DNA of 64,000 bases from Pontibacter ruber (GTDB lineage: Bacteria > Bacteroidota > Bacteroidia > Cytophagales > Hymenobacteraceae): positions 300,899 through 364,898 of the forward strand of contig NZ_JALPRR010000002.1 in NCBI RefSeq assembly GCF_023630205.1, read 5' to 3'. This document shows positions 38,965 through 49,526 of this stretch, in pieces. Below the pieces are notes generated by a model. It saw only the letters and a program-made list of their open reading frames with translations. It ran no database searches and was not told the DNA's origin. Numbering within the stretch: position 1 is the first letter of the stretch; the number at the start of each line of letters is the position of its first letter. The position numbers and the translations under genes are program-made.

Positions 38965-39597
38965 CCTCAGGAATTTAACGGAAAGTAAGATAACATACAT
39001 CCAGGAGGAGTAGAGCAAGGTATAACCAAGGCCGTAGAAAGCAGCCTTTGAGAACCTGCCTCTGCACCTTGGGCTGTTCTTTAGCACCAGCCGTACGGCT
39101 CTGAAGAAGACCCAGTACAGCATAGCCGCTAGCAACAGAACAAAGGCCCAGATCACTGTTTCGAATAAGAACAGGAAGGCAATAAACGCAAGGGTTACTG
39201 CTATCCAGGCAAAAACAGCTGCTGCAAATTCATCTGCGCCATCTCCAAGATCTAAATCAGGTAACATACTTCCTTTACCTCCTGATTTTCCAGCTATATC
39301 AGGTACATCCGCTACGGCCTCCGTGGCCGTATTATTCAGCCATTTTATTTTCCTGGTAAGATCTCCAACATCATCCTTTAACTTTATGCCATAGTAAAGG
39401 CTAGAGGTCAGGAAGCCAAAGAATATAGTACAAAGTATAGAGAGTGAAATGGTAGCGTTATCCAGAATACTTCTGCTGGAGGTAAATCCCGTCAGGTAAA
39501 CTGTAAGGATCGTGCCGGTCATGATCAGTAGGGCGCTGATGAAGATCCATTTAGCAGGTATAAGCTTAATCCCGGGCCTTGGCAGAGTTGGCATCAT
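38962..39597 (-). CDS. hypothetical integral membrane protein
   Basis: The ORF track starts at a TTG; in-frame ATGs at aa 5-6 give MMPTLPRPG. Four predicted transmembrane helices and no recognised family. Confidence 0.5.
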   Translation of the reverse strand: MMPTLPRPGIKLIPAKWIFISALLIMTGTILTVYLTGFTSSRSILDNATISLSILCTIFFGFLTSSLYYGIKLKDDVGDLTRKIKWLNNTATEAVADVPDIAGKSGGKGSMLPDLDLGDGADEFAAAVFAWIAVTLAFIAFLFLFETVIWAFVLLLAAMLYWVFFRAVRLVLKNSPRCRGRFSKAAFYGLGYTLLYSSWMYVILLSVKFLR

Positions 39598-39749
39598 CAG
39601 GCAAATCAAGAGTCAGAAAAGAGGAAATTATGCTGATGAATATACTGAATCTTATATATTATTGAAAGTATAAATGAGATAAAAGTGAAAGAACAAAAAA
39701 GGCTGGATCTTTACCAGAGCCAGCCTTTTATTATCCTTTGTGTTATACT

Positions 39750-40247
39750 TTAAAATCCCGTTTCGTCGGCGCTTGGGCCGTAGCTGCCGGGTATTGGAAT
39801 ATCGAGGAGGCGGAGGTACACGCCCAGTTGGGCACGGTGGTGGATGATCTGCGACAGCGCCATCCGGATCACTTCGGCTTTGGTATAGGTGTTATAGATC
39901 TGGTCGCCATTCCGTAATACCCATGGTTGTTCCAGCTGATCTTCTGTGGCTCGGGCTAATCCGGATTTGCCATCGGCATACGTCCTCTCAAAATAAGCTA
40001 CCAGTTCTTTGGTGTTGGCAATTTTCTCTGGCTGGTAAGGGTTTTGCGCAAAGTCCAGCTCGTCGGTGGTGAGCGCCATACTTACCCAGGAAGGCAGCTC
40101 CGCCACGTGCGTTACCAGGCGGATCATGGTCATACTTTTCTGGTGAGGTTGCCAGTCATACTTGTCGTCAGGTACACGCTCCAGCATTTTACGGGTAGTC
40201 TGGGCTTCCTGCTCCAGCTCTTTTGAGAACATTTCGATTACCGTCAT
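39750..40247 (-). CDS. DinB/YfiT-like (DinB_2) metal-dependent hydrolase-fold protein
   Basis: 165 aa. MTVIEMFSKELEQEAQTTRKMLERVPDDKYDWQPH ... IIHHRAQLGVYLRL shows the His triad spacing typical of DinB_2. Confidence 0.72.
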   Translation of the reverse strand: MTVIEMFSKELEQEAQTTRKMLERVPDDKYDWQPHQKSMTMIRLVTHVAELPSWVSMALTTDELDFAQNPYQPEKIANTKELVAYFERTYADGKSGLARATEDQLEQPWVLRNGDQIYNTYTKAEVIRMALSQIIHHRAQLGVYLRLLDIPIPGSYGPSADETGF

Positions 40248-40389
40248 AGTTTTAAGCTTTAGTTTAAGACAAAGAAACCAGGACCCACTGACAACCCTAT
40301 GGCAGTGTAACTTTGTATGACAAAATTTTTTCAGTGATCTATACTCAGTTTATTTTTTCACCAGAGGAGGTATAGAAATGTATGGCCTC

Positions 40390-40827
40390 TTAAAATGACT
40401 GTCTTTGTGCCTCTGCATCAGCTAAGTTATTTCTGCGGCGCAAAAGTTTGCCTATACTCCTGATCGAAAGCAGGGCAACTATGCCACCAACGGCAATAGT
40501 TTTCACCAGATTCTGCGGATCGTGTATCGAACGGAACCTGGTTTGTCCGTCTTTGATTTCGATGTATCCAACTGGCTTGATGGCCACACCGCCACCGCCT
40601 CCTGTTCCTTCTTCGCCGGCTTTGCTGCCTGTACCTCCACCGAACCCATACATGGCCTTAGCGGCTGGTATAACAGTTACCCCACCTCGCTCCACTGGCT
40701 CACCATAAATAGTGGCAGCATTTGCTGAAATACCTAATCTTTGTGCCAGCTGCTCAATAAAGGAAGCTCTTTTGTTACTTTCCTGCATGTCCATCTTGCC
40801 TGTTTTTTTATATGGTTTTACTTTCAA
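40390..40827 (-). CDS. YtfJ/GerW-family protein
   Basis: 145 aa. IYGEPVERGGVTVIPAAKAMYGFGGGTGS...GGGGGVAIKPVGYIEIKDGQTRF matches the Spore_YtfJ family pattern. Confidence 0.6.
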   Translation of the reverse strand: MKVKPYKKTGKMDMQESNKRASFIEQLAQRLGISANAATIYGEPVERGGVTVIPAAKAMYGFGGGTGSKAGEEGTGGGGGVAIKPVGYIEIKDGQTRFRSIHDPQNLVKTIAVGGIVALLSIRSIGKLLRRRNNLADAEAQRQSF

Positions 40828-41157
40828 ATCATCAACGCTTCTCTACATTTCAGGAGAAAACCTTTTTGATAAGCTCAAAATTTAATTAGTACTATTTAAA
40901 TATTTTGTACGAATAAAGATGTTCAACGTGTACGAAAAGCTACGAAGAGATAGGTATGGGAGGAGAAATCGCTGTCAATCAACTAAAGTAACAAGTGAAA
41001 AGTGGGGGAGGTGCTGTTGTATACTTGCTTTGGTTGTTCCTGCGCGTGGAGTAACCTGAATTTATACTTGATGTAACATGATTAAAGCTAAAGAACGTGC
41101 ACGTATGTTCAGGATGTTTCCCTTCTTTGCAGCAAGTGCTTTATTTATATAAACGAA

Positions 41158-41847
41158 CTAATACTCCACCGGCAGTAGCTTCATATACTCGCTCAACTCG
41201 ACGTGATCAGTCTTTGTAAAGGGCTTGTCTGTACTCCTGATCTTCAGGATACGCGACACCCGGAAGTCGCGGTACTCTTTCCGCAGGTGGCACCAGGCGA
41301 TCAGGTGCCAGTTTAAGGCATAGAAAACAAGGCCGATCGGCTCTACCAGCCGTGCGCTCACTTCCTCTTTGTTGTTCTTGTAAGCAAGCTCCAGCATCAC
41401 TTTCGTAGAAATGGCATTCTGGAGCGTTGCCAGGTAATCGGAGTTCAGTTGAAAGCAAGCGGGAATTTGTAACCGGATGTTGCTTGTGAGCGCCTCCAGC
41501 TTTTCCTTCTGCGAAGTTTTTAAAACGTTCTTTACTTTGGTCAGGGCGTTGGAGTAATGCGTCTGTATGGACTTGTCCGCAAATCCATAAACCATGGCTT
41601 CCATCAGGAGCAGTGCATTTGCCTCTTCCGAGCTAAAGGAAACGGGCGGCAGGAAATACCCCTGCACAATAAAGTAGCCTTTGTGCTGCTCAAAACTCAC
41701 CGGAATGCCCTGCTCTCCCAGCGCTTTCACATCGCGGTACACGGTGCGCACGCTTATCCCGAACTTCTCAGCGATCTGCTCTGCCGTTACATACTTCTTC
41801 GACTGCAGCAAGGCCATAATACCAAACAAGCGGTCAATTCTGTTCAT
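41158..41847 (-). CDS. YafY-family transcriptional regulator (HTH + WYL domain)
   Basis: The probable start is the ATG giving MNRIDRLFGIMALLQSKKYVTAEQIAEKFGISVRTVYRDV, a DeoR-type HTH. C-terminal WHLIAWCHLRKEYRDFRVSRI is a WYL domain. Confidence 0.78.
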   Translation of the reverse strand: MNRIDRLFGIMALLQSKKYVTAEQIAEKFGISVRTVYRDVKALGEQGIPVSFEQHKGYFIVQGYFLPPVSFSSEEANALLLMEAMVYGFADKSIQTHYSNALTKVKNVLKTSQKEKLEALTSNIRLQIPACFQLNSDYLATLQNAISTKVMLELAYKNNKEEVSARLVEPIGLVFYALNWHLIAWCHLRKEYRDFRVSRILKIRSTDKPFTKTDHVELSEYMKLLPVEY

Positions 41848-41945
41848 ACTTTCATCTTTCAGGTAAGAAGGCGGCCATAGCTTTAATACGGGCGCCGACG
41901 GAATCACGAGAGGTAATCGAAAAGATTCCGTCCGAAAGCCGGCTT

Positions 41946-43379
41946 TTATACTGTGTGCTTACTTGCTGGAAGCTCCTCTTCGGTCAGAACCCTGTTTTTT
42001 CGTTTGGTAAACCACCAGTACATCGGGATGCCGGTTAGCATCAGGACCATGCCGATGGCTGCCTCGCGGGGACGTACTGCAATGGTGTTCACGAACAGGG
42101 CGGCGCAGAAAAGAACCATGATGCCCGGTATCACAGGGTAGCCCCATACTTTGTAGGGACGTGGCGCGTCCGGCATTTTTCGCCGCAGCACAAACACGCC
42201 AAAGGTGGTAGCCCCATAGAAAATAAATACCGCAAAAATGATCATGTCCGTAAGCTGATCGAAGGTGCCGGAAAGCACCAGCAGGCACGCCCAAATGCAT
42301 TGGTACAGCAGTGAGCTCGCCGGCGCCTGACGCTCGTTAAGCTCAGCAGCTTTCTGGAAAAACATACCTTCGCGCGCCATGGCAAAGTATGTGCGGGAAC
42401 TGGCAAGTATCGTTGCATTGGTACAGCCCAGCGTCGTTACCAGGATCAGGACCGAAATGAACAGGCTGCCGTAGTACCCCCAGAAGCTTTTAACAGCCTC
42501 TACGGCCGCAATCTTATTACCTGCCTCGTGTACCTGTACCAGTTCAGGTATGGGCAACAAAGACAGGTACGTCATGTTAACCAGGATGTAAATAGCTATA
42601 ACCGTTACGACACCAAAGGCGATACCCCGCGGAATATTGCGATGGGCATCTTTGATCTCACCGCCTAGGTAACCAATCGCAGCCCAGCCCTGGTAAGCCC
42701 AGAAGGCCGAAAGCATGGCTGCGAAAACAGCGCTGAAAGTTACCGGGGTAGAAGTTGAGGTGGTCATAACAAAGCTTTTTGCTATGTTGCCGTGGCTACT
42801 GGCAAGGCCGGAAATAACAATGGTAGCAATACCAGCAAAGACCAGCAGCAGAATAGCCGTGCTCAGCCCTGCCCCTGTTTTAACTCCTTTTGCATTTACC
42901 CAAGTGAGTAAAATAATAAGCAGGATGGCCGTCAGCTTTACGTTAAAATCAGCGAAGGGAAAAAAGACGCCGCCGATGGAAAAATCTGCCAGGGAACTGA
43001 GAACAGGGGGCAGAGGCACGATGCTTTGGAACGATTGCGCAAAAACATAAGCCAGCGATGAAATGGCCGCTGTTTGTATGACCGTGAACAAAGACCAGCC
43101 AAAGATAAAAGCAAAAAAGCGGTTGTAGATGCGCTTGTAGTACGCGTATTCGCCGCCCGTATCGGCCAGCAGGCCCGCGACCTCAGCATTGCACAAAGCC
43201 CCAAATAACGAGATAATGCCTGCCAGCAGCCAGCACAGGAGCACCCATCCGGGCGACTGAAGCTCTGCAGCCATAGGCGCAACTTTCTTGTAAACGCCTG
43301 AACCTATGATGTTCCCGATAACTACCACGATGACGAGGCGTAAACCTAATGACCTGTTGAGTTGGCTGCTTTTACTCAT
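41946..43379 (-). CDS. APC-superfamily amino-acid permease
   Basis: 477 aa with 12 predicted transmembrane segments. The N-terminal GLRLVIVVVIGNIIGSGVY signature is present. Confidence 0.85.
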   Translation of the reverse strand: MSKSSQLNRSLGLRLVIVVVIGNIIGSGVYKKVAPMAAELQSPGWVLLCWLLAGIISLFGALCNAEVAGLLADTGGEYAYYKRIYNRFFAFIFGWSLFTVIQTAAISSLAYVFAQSFQSIVPLPPVLSSLADFSIGGVFFPFADFNVKLTAILLIILLTWVNAKGVKTGAGLSTAILLLVFAGIATIVISGLASSHGNIAKSFVMTTSTSTPVTFSAVFAAMLSAFWAYQGWAAIGYLGGEIKDAHRNIPRGIAFGVVTVIAIYILVNMTYLSLLPIPELVQVHEAGNKIAAVEAVKSFWGYYGSLFISVLILVTTLGCTNATILASSRTYFAMAREGMFFQKAAELNERQAPASSLLYQCIWACLLVLSGTFDQLTDMIIFAVFIFYGATTFGVFVLRRKMPDAPRPYKVWGYPVIPGIMVLFCAALFVNTIAVRPREAAIGMVLMLTGIPMYWWFTKRKNRVLTEEELPASKHTV

Positions 43380-43780
43380 AAAACAATGCGACGGTGGTTA
43401 ATAAATTGATGATGGAGCTGAAAATAGTTGAGAAGATAAAGTTTTATTATTAAAAATCATACACCTACGGTCACTACCTGTTGAGCCAATTTATTTTTGA
43501 CTTGTTTTCTGTTTGCCGCTACCACTTCCTGCAGCTCAGGTACACTGCCTGAATGCCTGTACTATACCTGCCGCATCCGGTGTGCCTCTGCTGCGGGATG
43601 TTGTGCAAAGCATGCTGTTCATCACTCTGTATAGGTCTTACCGGTACTACTCTGTGCTGGTAGGTATATGGTATCCATGTGCCTAAGAGCCTCCGCAAGC
43701 AAACTCCCAATGATTTATACTTCCCTATCAGAAGGTAAGTATAAACTTTGATTCAGAATCAGAGCCAGAAACAAGGGCAG

Positions 43781-46327
43781 TTACAGGGGCCTTTTCTTTG
43801 TGCCACGGGTTGGTGGCGCAGAGAGTGGATCTTCCGGCCAGTGGTGTTTGGGATAACGACCACGGAGATCTTTGCGCACATCAAAATAGCCGGTGCTCCA
43901 GAAACTGCGCAGGTCGCGGGTTACCTGTACCGGGCGCGAAGCCGGGGAAAGCAGGTGCAGAAGCAGCGGTACTTTTCCGCCACCGATTTTTGGGGTATCC
44001 AGCATGCCGAAAACTTCTTGCAAGCGCACGGCAAGTACAGGTGTGGTAGCTTCTGAATAATCCAGTGAAATGCGCGAGCCGCTGGGCACCTGCAGGTGGG
44101 TGGGCGCCAGCCGGTCCATTTCCTGGCGTAGTTCCCACGAAAGATCGCCAAGTATAAGCTCGTTAAAATTTAGCCGGGATACCTGCTCCAGCGAGCGCAA
44201 ACCGGAAAGGTGCGGCCGGAGCCATACTTCTATACTTGCCTCCAGGGCTTCGTCTGAAACATCCGGCCAGCGGTCCGGCTCCAGTTGATGCAGGAAGGCA
44301 AGGCGCTGGCGCGAACGGAGGGCTTCCTCTGACCATGGCAGCCGGTCAATTCCTTTTTCAACCAGCGCCTGTAGCAAAGCATCGGCCACCAATTCCGGGT
44401 CAGGTTTGGCCTGTGCGGCTTCCTCCAGGGTCAGGGCACCAAGCCTTGTGATCTGCCGGGCCACCACACGGCCAGCAGCTGCATCCCAGCGCACATCCTG
44501 CACTTCTTCCAACTGGTCGGCGAAGTGTTCCAGGATCTCATCTTTTGCTACTGGTGCCGCCAGCAGCACGCGGGGCTGATTTCCCAGGTCGAGATGTGCC
44601 ACGCCGTAAAACTCGGCCTCGCCAAACAGCTCTGTCGCTATACTTGCCCTTTGGCCGGTTACCAGGCGCACGCGCCCGGATGCTTCGCGCTGTGCCAGTC
44701 GGTCTGGGTAGGCAAGGGCTGCGAGCAAACCAGCAGCGTCGGGATGTATGTTGCTGCCGGGCTCACGCATTTTCTGGCGGAGGTTCTGGGCCTGTTCGCG
44801 TACCCGACGCAATGCGTTTTCGTCTATAACAAATCCGGGCGTCTGTGGTCGTTTCCCGGCAAGGATCTCCAGGCGAAGCTGCAGGTCAGGCAGAGTATTG
44901 CCCCAGCTCATTTCCACTGGCTTCAGGATGTCTTTTTCAGAAAGCAAGGCTGCCAGTGCGCAGGCAGTAGCGCCGTGCCCTATTTTATGACCTATGACCA
45001 CCAGGTGACCCAGGCGGGGAGGCAGCCCCAACGGAGCGAGCTGCTTGCCGTGATGGGTAGGTTTGCCATTTTTATCCAGTGCCTCCAACCGTTGCAACAG
45101 GTCGCGGGCAAGCGACAGGGCAGGAGCAGGCGGCGTATCCAGCCATTTTAAAGAGGCGGCGTCTTTCACGCCCCAGATAGCCAGTTCCAGCGCAAGTCCG
45201 GTCAGATCTGCCTCACAGATCTCCGGTGCTTGTCGTTCTGGTAGCTGTAACTGGTCGGCTGTAGACCAGAGGCGGTAACAGATACCGGGGCCCAAACGAC
45301 CGGCGCGGCCACGTCGTTGATCGGCGGAAGCTTTCGAAACAGGTATGGTGGCCAGTGTTGTAAGGCCGGTGCGGGGCACAAATTTCGGAACCCGTGCAAA
45401 CCCGCCGTCTACTACAATTTTTACCCCTTCAATGGTTAAGCTGGTTTCGGCTATACTTGTTGCCAGTACTACTTTGCGCCTCCCTTGCGGCGCTGGCTGA
45501 ATGGCAGCAAGCTGTTTGGATAAAGTAAGGTCGCCGTGCAGGAGGTGTAGGTCAGTGGCAGCGGCTAGCCTTCCCTCGAGTTGCTGGGCCACTCTTCGCA
45601 TCTCGCCCATGCCGGGCAGAAAAGCAAGTATATCGCCTTCGGTATGTGCTGCCAGGGCCTGGCGAATCGCTTTAGGCATCAGGTTCGCTAACCTTTCAGC
45701 CGGACGCGTGCCGGCAGCAGCTACTTCTGCCGGTGTCAGGTAATGGGTGTCTACCGGGTACTGGCGGCCTTCGCTGCGGATAACGGGTGCCTCCAGCCAA
45801 CTGCCAACCGCCGCGGCATCCAGGGTGGCGCTCATCACCAGCAGGCGCAGGTCAGGGCGAAGTACCGCCTGTGTGTCCAGCGCCAGGGCCAATCCGAGGT
45901 CTGCCTGCAGGCTGCGCTCGTGAAATTCATCAAAAATAATGGCAGCGATGCCTTCCAGTGTCGGGTCGTCCTGCAGCAGGCGCGTCAGGATGCCTTCGGT
46001 CACTACTTCGATGCGGGTTCTGGCAGAGACCACGTGCTCCATCCGTACCCAATAACCTACCGTTTCTCCTACTTTCTCTCCAAGCAGGTCGGCCATGCGC
46101 TCGGCGGCAGCACGGGTAGCCAGCCTGCGGGGCTCCAGCACCAGTATCTTTCCATCGTTTCGCCAGGCAGCATCCAGCAGTGCCAGCGGCACCAGCGTGG
46201 TTTTACCGGCACCGGGAGGTGCCTCCAGCACGGCACGCGACGATTGTTCTAAAGCGCTGAGTAACCGCGGAAGCGCTTCCTTAACGGGTAGGTCGGGTAA
46301 CGTATAAAGTGTATCAGCAGACTGCAT
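43781..46327 (-). CDS. hrpB: ATP-dependent RNA helicase HrpB (DEAH-box)
   Basis: 848 aa. EAPPGAGKTT Walker A, DEFHERS (DEAH), HrpB-specific C-terminal domain, ending ...KHHWPEDP. Confidence 0.9.
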   Translation of the reverse strand: MQSADTLYTLPDLPVKEALPRLLSALEQSSRAVLEAPPGAGKTTLVPLALLDAAWRNDGKILVLEPRRLATRAAAERMADLLGEKVGETVGYWVRMEHVVSARTRIEVVTEGILTRLLQDDPTLEGIAAIIFDEFHERSLQADLGLALALDTQAVLRPDLRLLVMSATLDAAAVGSWLEAPVIRSEGRQYPVDTHYLTPAEVAAAGTRPAERLANLMPKAIRQALAAHTEGDILAFLPGMGEMRRVAQQLEGRLAAATDLHLLHGDLTLSKQLAAIQPAPQGRRKVVLATSIAETSLTIEGVKIVVDGGFARVPKFVPRTGLTTLATIPVSKASADQRRGRAGRLGPGICYRLWSTADQLQLPERQAPEICEADLTGLALELAIWGVKDAASLKWLDTPPAPALSLARDLLQRLEALDKNGKPTHHGKQLAPLGLPPRLGHLVVIGHKIGHGATACALAALLSEKDILKPVEMSWGNTLPDLQLRLEILAGKRPQTPGFVIDENALRRVREQAQNLRQKMREPGSNIHPDAAGLLAALAYPDRLAQREASGRVRLVTGQRASIATELFGEAEFYGVAHLDLGNQPRVLLAAPVAKDEILEHFADQLEEVQDVRWDAAAGRVVARQITRLGALTLEEAAQAKPDPELVADALLQALVEKGIDRLPWSEEALRSRQRLAFLHQLEPDRWPDVSDEALEASIEVWLRPHLSGLRSLEQVSRLNFNELILGDLSWELRQEMDRLAPTHLQVPSGSRISLDYSEATTPVLAVRLQEVFGMLDTPKIGGGKVPLLLHLLSPASRPVQVTRDLRSFWSTGYFDVRKDLRGRYPKHHWPEDPLSAPPTRGTKKRPL

Positions 46328-46655
46328 GGTGCAAAGGTCTGAAATCTGGCCGACAATTTTACGTGTGAAGGAAATGAGGTATTTGCACAGCTATAGTATG
46401 AAATCAAATGATTTCGGCTAGCAGTTAATGCAAGAACTATACTTCTGTGAGTTGATCAACATCAGCTTTTTTATTTTTTGTAAATTTTTTATTTAAAATA
46501 AACTTGCTGCTAGTCAGTGAGTTGTGGTTGATTATGGGAAAAATAAGGTTGACTGTGCTGAAAAATCATACTTGCTTTTCAGGAATTGTGGCATGGTAAT
46601 TGAAAACTGTTCCAATACAAAACGTATAAGTTTTCTTAACAAAAAAGACATCGTT

Positions 46656-47189
46656 ATGAAGAAGGTAAGTTTATTATTGAGTCTGGTATTATTCGTTGCA
46701 TTTACCTTTAATGCTTCAGCACAGACAGAAGAAAGAAGAGGTTGGAGCCCACAGGCTAAAGGTGCCGTAATTGGTGGCGCTACAGGTGCTGCTGCAGGTG
46801 CTATCATCCACAAACGTAACCGCGTAGTAGGTGGTGTTGTAGGTGGTGTAGTTGGTGGTGCTGCTGGTTATGGTGTTGGTAAAGTTATCGACAACAAACA
46901 AAAGAAAAGACAAGCCGAAGAGGCCGCCCGAGTAGCTGCTGCTAACCGTGCTGCTGAAAGAGCTGCTGCAAGATCGGTTGCCAACAGAAGTACATCCAGC
47001 AGAAATTCTGTAGCCAAAAAATCTGCTGCACCTGCTAAACAGGAAGTTGTTGCTCCAACTGCAATGGCCTACAACAGCTATAACGCGACACAGGATCCGA
47101 TCATGGGCTTAGCCTTGTTGCCAAACGCTGACTATGGTGATCCGACCAAACCTTACTATACATCAGAGTACAGGAGAAAAAGCTGGTAA
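46656..47189 (+). CDS. glycine-zipper (YMGG-like) secreted/membrane-associated protein
   Basis: The ATG at 46656 gives MKKVSLLLSLVLFVAFTFNASAQ, a signal peptide. GGVVGGVVGGVVGGAAGYGVG is a glycine zipper. C-terminus is Ala/Arg-rich. Confidence 0.6.
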   Translation: MKKVSLLLSLVLFVAFTFNASAQTEERRGWSPQAKGAVIGGATGAAAGAIIHKRNRVVGGVVGGVVGGAAGYGVGKVIDNKQKKRQAEEAARVAAANRAAERAAARSVANRSTSSRNSVAKKSAAPAKQEVVAPTAMAYNSYNATQDPIMGLALLPNADYGDPTKPYYTSEYRRKSW

Positions 47190-47210
47190 TCAGAAATTAT
47201 ACTAATACTG

Positions 47211-47241
47211 AAAAACCCAAGCCTCCGGGCTTGGGTTTTTG
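47211..47241 (+). terminator. intrinsic terminator
   Basis: aaaaacccaagcc tccg ggcttgggttttt. Confidence 0.8.
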
Positions 47242-47311
47242 CTAACAAATCCTTTTACAGCAAGTATAAAGCAGATTAATAGGATTTATACACAAACCAA
47301 ACGACTGTATC

Positions 47312-47770
47312 ATGAAAACGATCATTTATATACTCGCATTTGCAGCAATCTTTACATCATGTTCAAAAATAGAGGAGGGTCCGAACATACAGGAGCTAAA
47401 CAAAGAGTTTATTGGGGCCTGGAACAACCGCGACTCCGACAAGGTCATCTCCATGCTGGCAGATGATGTAGATTTCGTGCAGGGCGAGATCCACTTTAAT
47501 GGAAAATCCGAAGTAGCCGATAAGTGGGTAAACGAAACACTCGGCACCATTTCCGACCTGAAAACGAATGTGGTAAGCTCCGGCGTAGACGAAACAATGG
47601 CTTACGAAGCAGGTACTTTCTCAGTAGATGTGCTGCCTTCAGGACCCAATGAGCCCCATGGCGTAGGAGAGGGCAACTTTATCCTGCTCTGGAAAAAAGG
47701 CGAAGATGGAAAATGGAAGTTAAGCTACGCACAGCTGGAAGACATGCCTGTGCAAGCCAAAGGTATGTAA
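47312..47770 (+). CDS. SnoaL-like / DUF4440 (NTF2-fold) lipoprotein
   Basis: 152 aa. Lipobox FTSCSK. EFIGAWNNRDSDKVISMLADDVDFV is typical of SnoaL-like domains. Confidence 0.6.
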   Translation: MKTIIYILAFAAIFTSCSKIEEGPNIQELNKEFIGAWNNRDSDKVISMLADDVDFVQGEIHFNGKSEVADKWVNETLGTISDLKTNVVSSGVDETMAYEAGTFSVDVLPSGPNEPHGVGEGNFILLWKKGEDGKWKLSYAQLEDMPVQAKGM

Positions 47771-47865
47771 GCGAAAGTTTACGCATACTTAGCTTTAAAT
47801 AATAAATAAAAAGCCGCCTTGGTAAAAGCTAGAGCGGCTTTTTTTATTTAAACTGATTGAGGCAG

Positions 47866-48453
47866 CTAAATATCACTTTCAGCTAAGGCAAGCGAGAAAT
47901 CCGGAACCTCCTTTACGGCGCCAGCAGGCAGCTCACGCAGGTAAATAGAGCCAACACGCACCCGGATCAATCGCAGGGTAGGAAAGCCCACAGCTGCGGT
48001 CATTTTCCTGACCTGCCTGTTTTTGCCTTCGGTCAGTGTGATGGATACCCAACTGGTAGGGCCGTGCCGTTCGTCGCGTATTTTGCGGGTGCGTTCAGCA
48101 AAGTCAGGGGAAGTTTCCAGCCGGTGTGCCTTGCAGGTATTGGTTTCATACTTTTCGCCGTAAAGTCCGATCGCCACGCCCTGCTGCAGATGTTCGATCG
48201 CCTCGTCTGTAATAAGCCCGTCTACCTGCGCATAGTACTCTTTTTCCACGTCTTTCCGGCGTACCTGCTCGCTCATTTTTCCGTCGGTTGTGAGCAGCAG
48301 CAAGCCTTCGCTTTTTTCATCCAGGCGGCCGATGGCCATGGTGCCTTCCGGGAACTCGTACAGCTCGCCCAGCAGTTTCTTTTTGCGATGGTTTGTTACA
48401 AACTGACTGATGTAGCCAAAAGGTTTGTGAATGATAAAATGCCGGTGTGCCAT
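47866..48453 (-). CDS. rRNA pseudouridine synthase (RsuA/RluB/E/F family)
   Basis: The ATG is at 48453 (the ORF track begins at a TTG two codons upstream). IGRLDEKSEGLLLLTTDG contains the catalytic Asp. NRQVRKMTAAVGFPTLRLIRVRVG is the family C-terminal motif. Confidence 0.8.
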   Translation of the reverse strand: MAHRHFIIHKPFGYISQFVTNHRKKKLLGELYEFPEGTMAIGRLDEKSEGLLLLTTDGKMSEQVRRKDVEKEYYAQVDGLITDEAIEHLQQGVAIGLYGEKYETNTCKAHRLETSPDFAERTRKIRDERHGPTSWVSITLTEGKNRQVRKMTAAVGFPTLRLIRVRVGSIYLRELPAGAVKEVPDFSLALAESDI

Positions 48454-48560
48454 GTACAAACAAAATAATGTAGTGCAAAAATAGCCACAATTATCCCGTC
48501 GTAAAAATTAAACAGCAAAGCGCCGGCACTCCATTTCAGGTTGGTTATACTTTGCTGCGC

Positions 48561-49148
48561 TTACTTGGTTTGTTGTTCATGCTTCTCGTCAGCTTCCATT
48601 TTCTGTTTTGCCTCTATGCACCACAGCATTTCATGCATAAACCGATGCGCATGTTTATAGGACGCTTCTTTGTTTGTGGGATTGCCTTCTTCGTCGTAGG
48701 CTTCCTGCACTTTGGGTACCGGGAACATGGCAGGGACTACCCAAGCCCGTATCTTCCAGAGCGTGAACTGAAGTGCCCGCATCACCTGGGTGCCGCCAAA
48801 AGGGCCATTTGAAACAGTAACCAGGCCTATTGGCTTCCGGTACCATTCATCATACAGCAGGTCTACAACATTTTTGATGCTGGCTGGGTAGCCGCCGTTA
48901 TACTCCGGCGTAGCGATAATCACACCGTCAGCGTTCCGGATCTTCTCAGCAAATTCCAGCACCTGCTCCGACGGATCTTCCTGGTACTTGAGTCGCTCCT
49001 CAAAAACAGGGAAGTTGTATGCCTTCAGGTCAAGTATCTCCACAGTAGCCAGGTTGTGCGCTGTTATGTACTTTTCAAAAAACAGTGCGACACGGTGGGT
49101 ATTGCGGCCAGTACGCACGCTCGATGAAATAATGGCAATGTGTGGCAT
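48561..49148 (-). CDS. NAD(P)H-dependent FMN reductase-family oxidoreductase (flavodoxin-like fold)
   Basis: 195 aa. MPHIAIISSSVRTGRNTHRVA...ATPEYNGGYPASIKN. Confidence 0.8.
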   Translation of the reverse strand: MPHIAIISSSVRTGRNTHRVALFFEKYITAHNLATVEILDLKAYNFPVFEERLKYQEDPSEQVLEFAEKIRNADGVIIATPEYNGGYPASIKNVVDLLYDEWYRKPIGLVTVSNGPFGGTQVMRALQFTLWKIRAWVVPAMFPVPKVQEAYDEEGNPTNKEASYKHAHRFMHEMLWCIEAKQKMEADEKHEQQTK

Positions 49149-49526
49149 AGGTGTGGTTGTTTGATACGCGTTTAAAGGACTGATTTTCTACCAGGTACAA
49201 CTGCTTTGGTTTAACCCTGTTTTAAAGGTACCTGCTTCCGGCAAAGCGATTATAGCCCTCATTTACGCGAACGGTTCAGCCTTGTTAATACCTCATCAAA
49301 AATGAGTTTAAAGCAAGTGCTGCAAGCTAACTTTTCGGATGTATTGCAACCCAATTATGCTGGTTACACCTGCTGTTGTTTTCTGCTTGAGGCTTGTAAA
49401 GTATAGAGGTGCTGTTATTTAGCTTGATTTTAAATTACCCAGAAAACGACCGGATGGTGTAACAAAGCTTTTGCAAAGGCAAGTATAACCTAACTATGTG
49501 AAGTAGAAACTAAATTGAATGAAATT

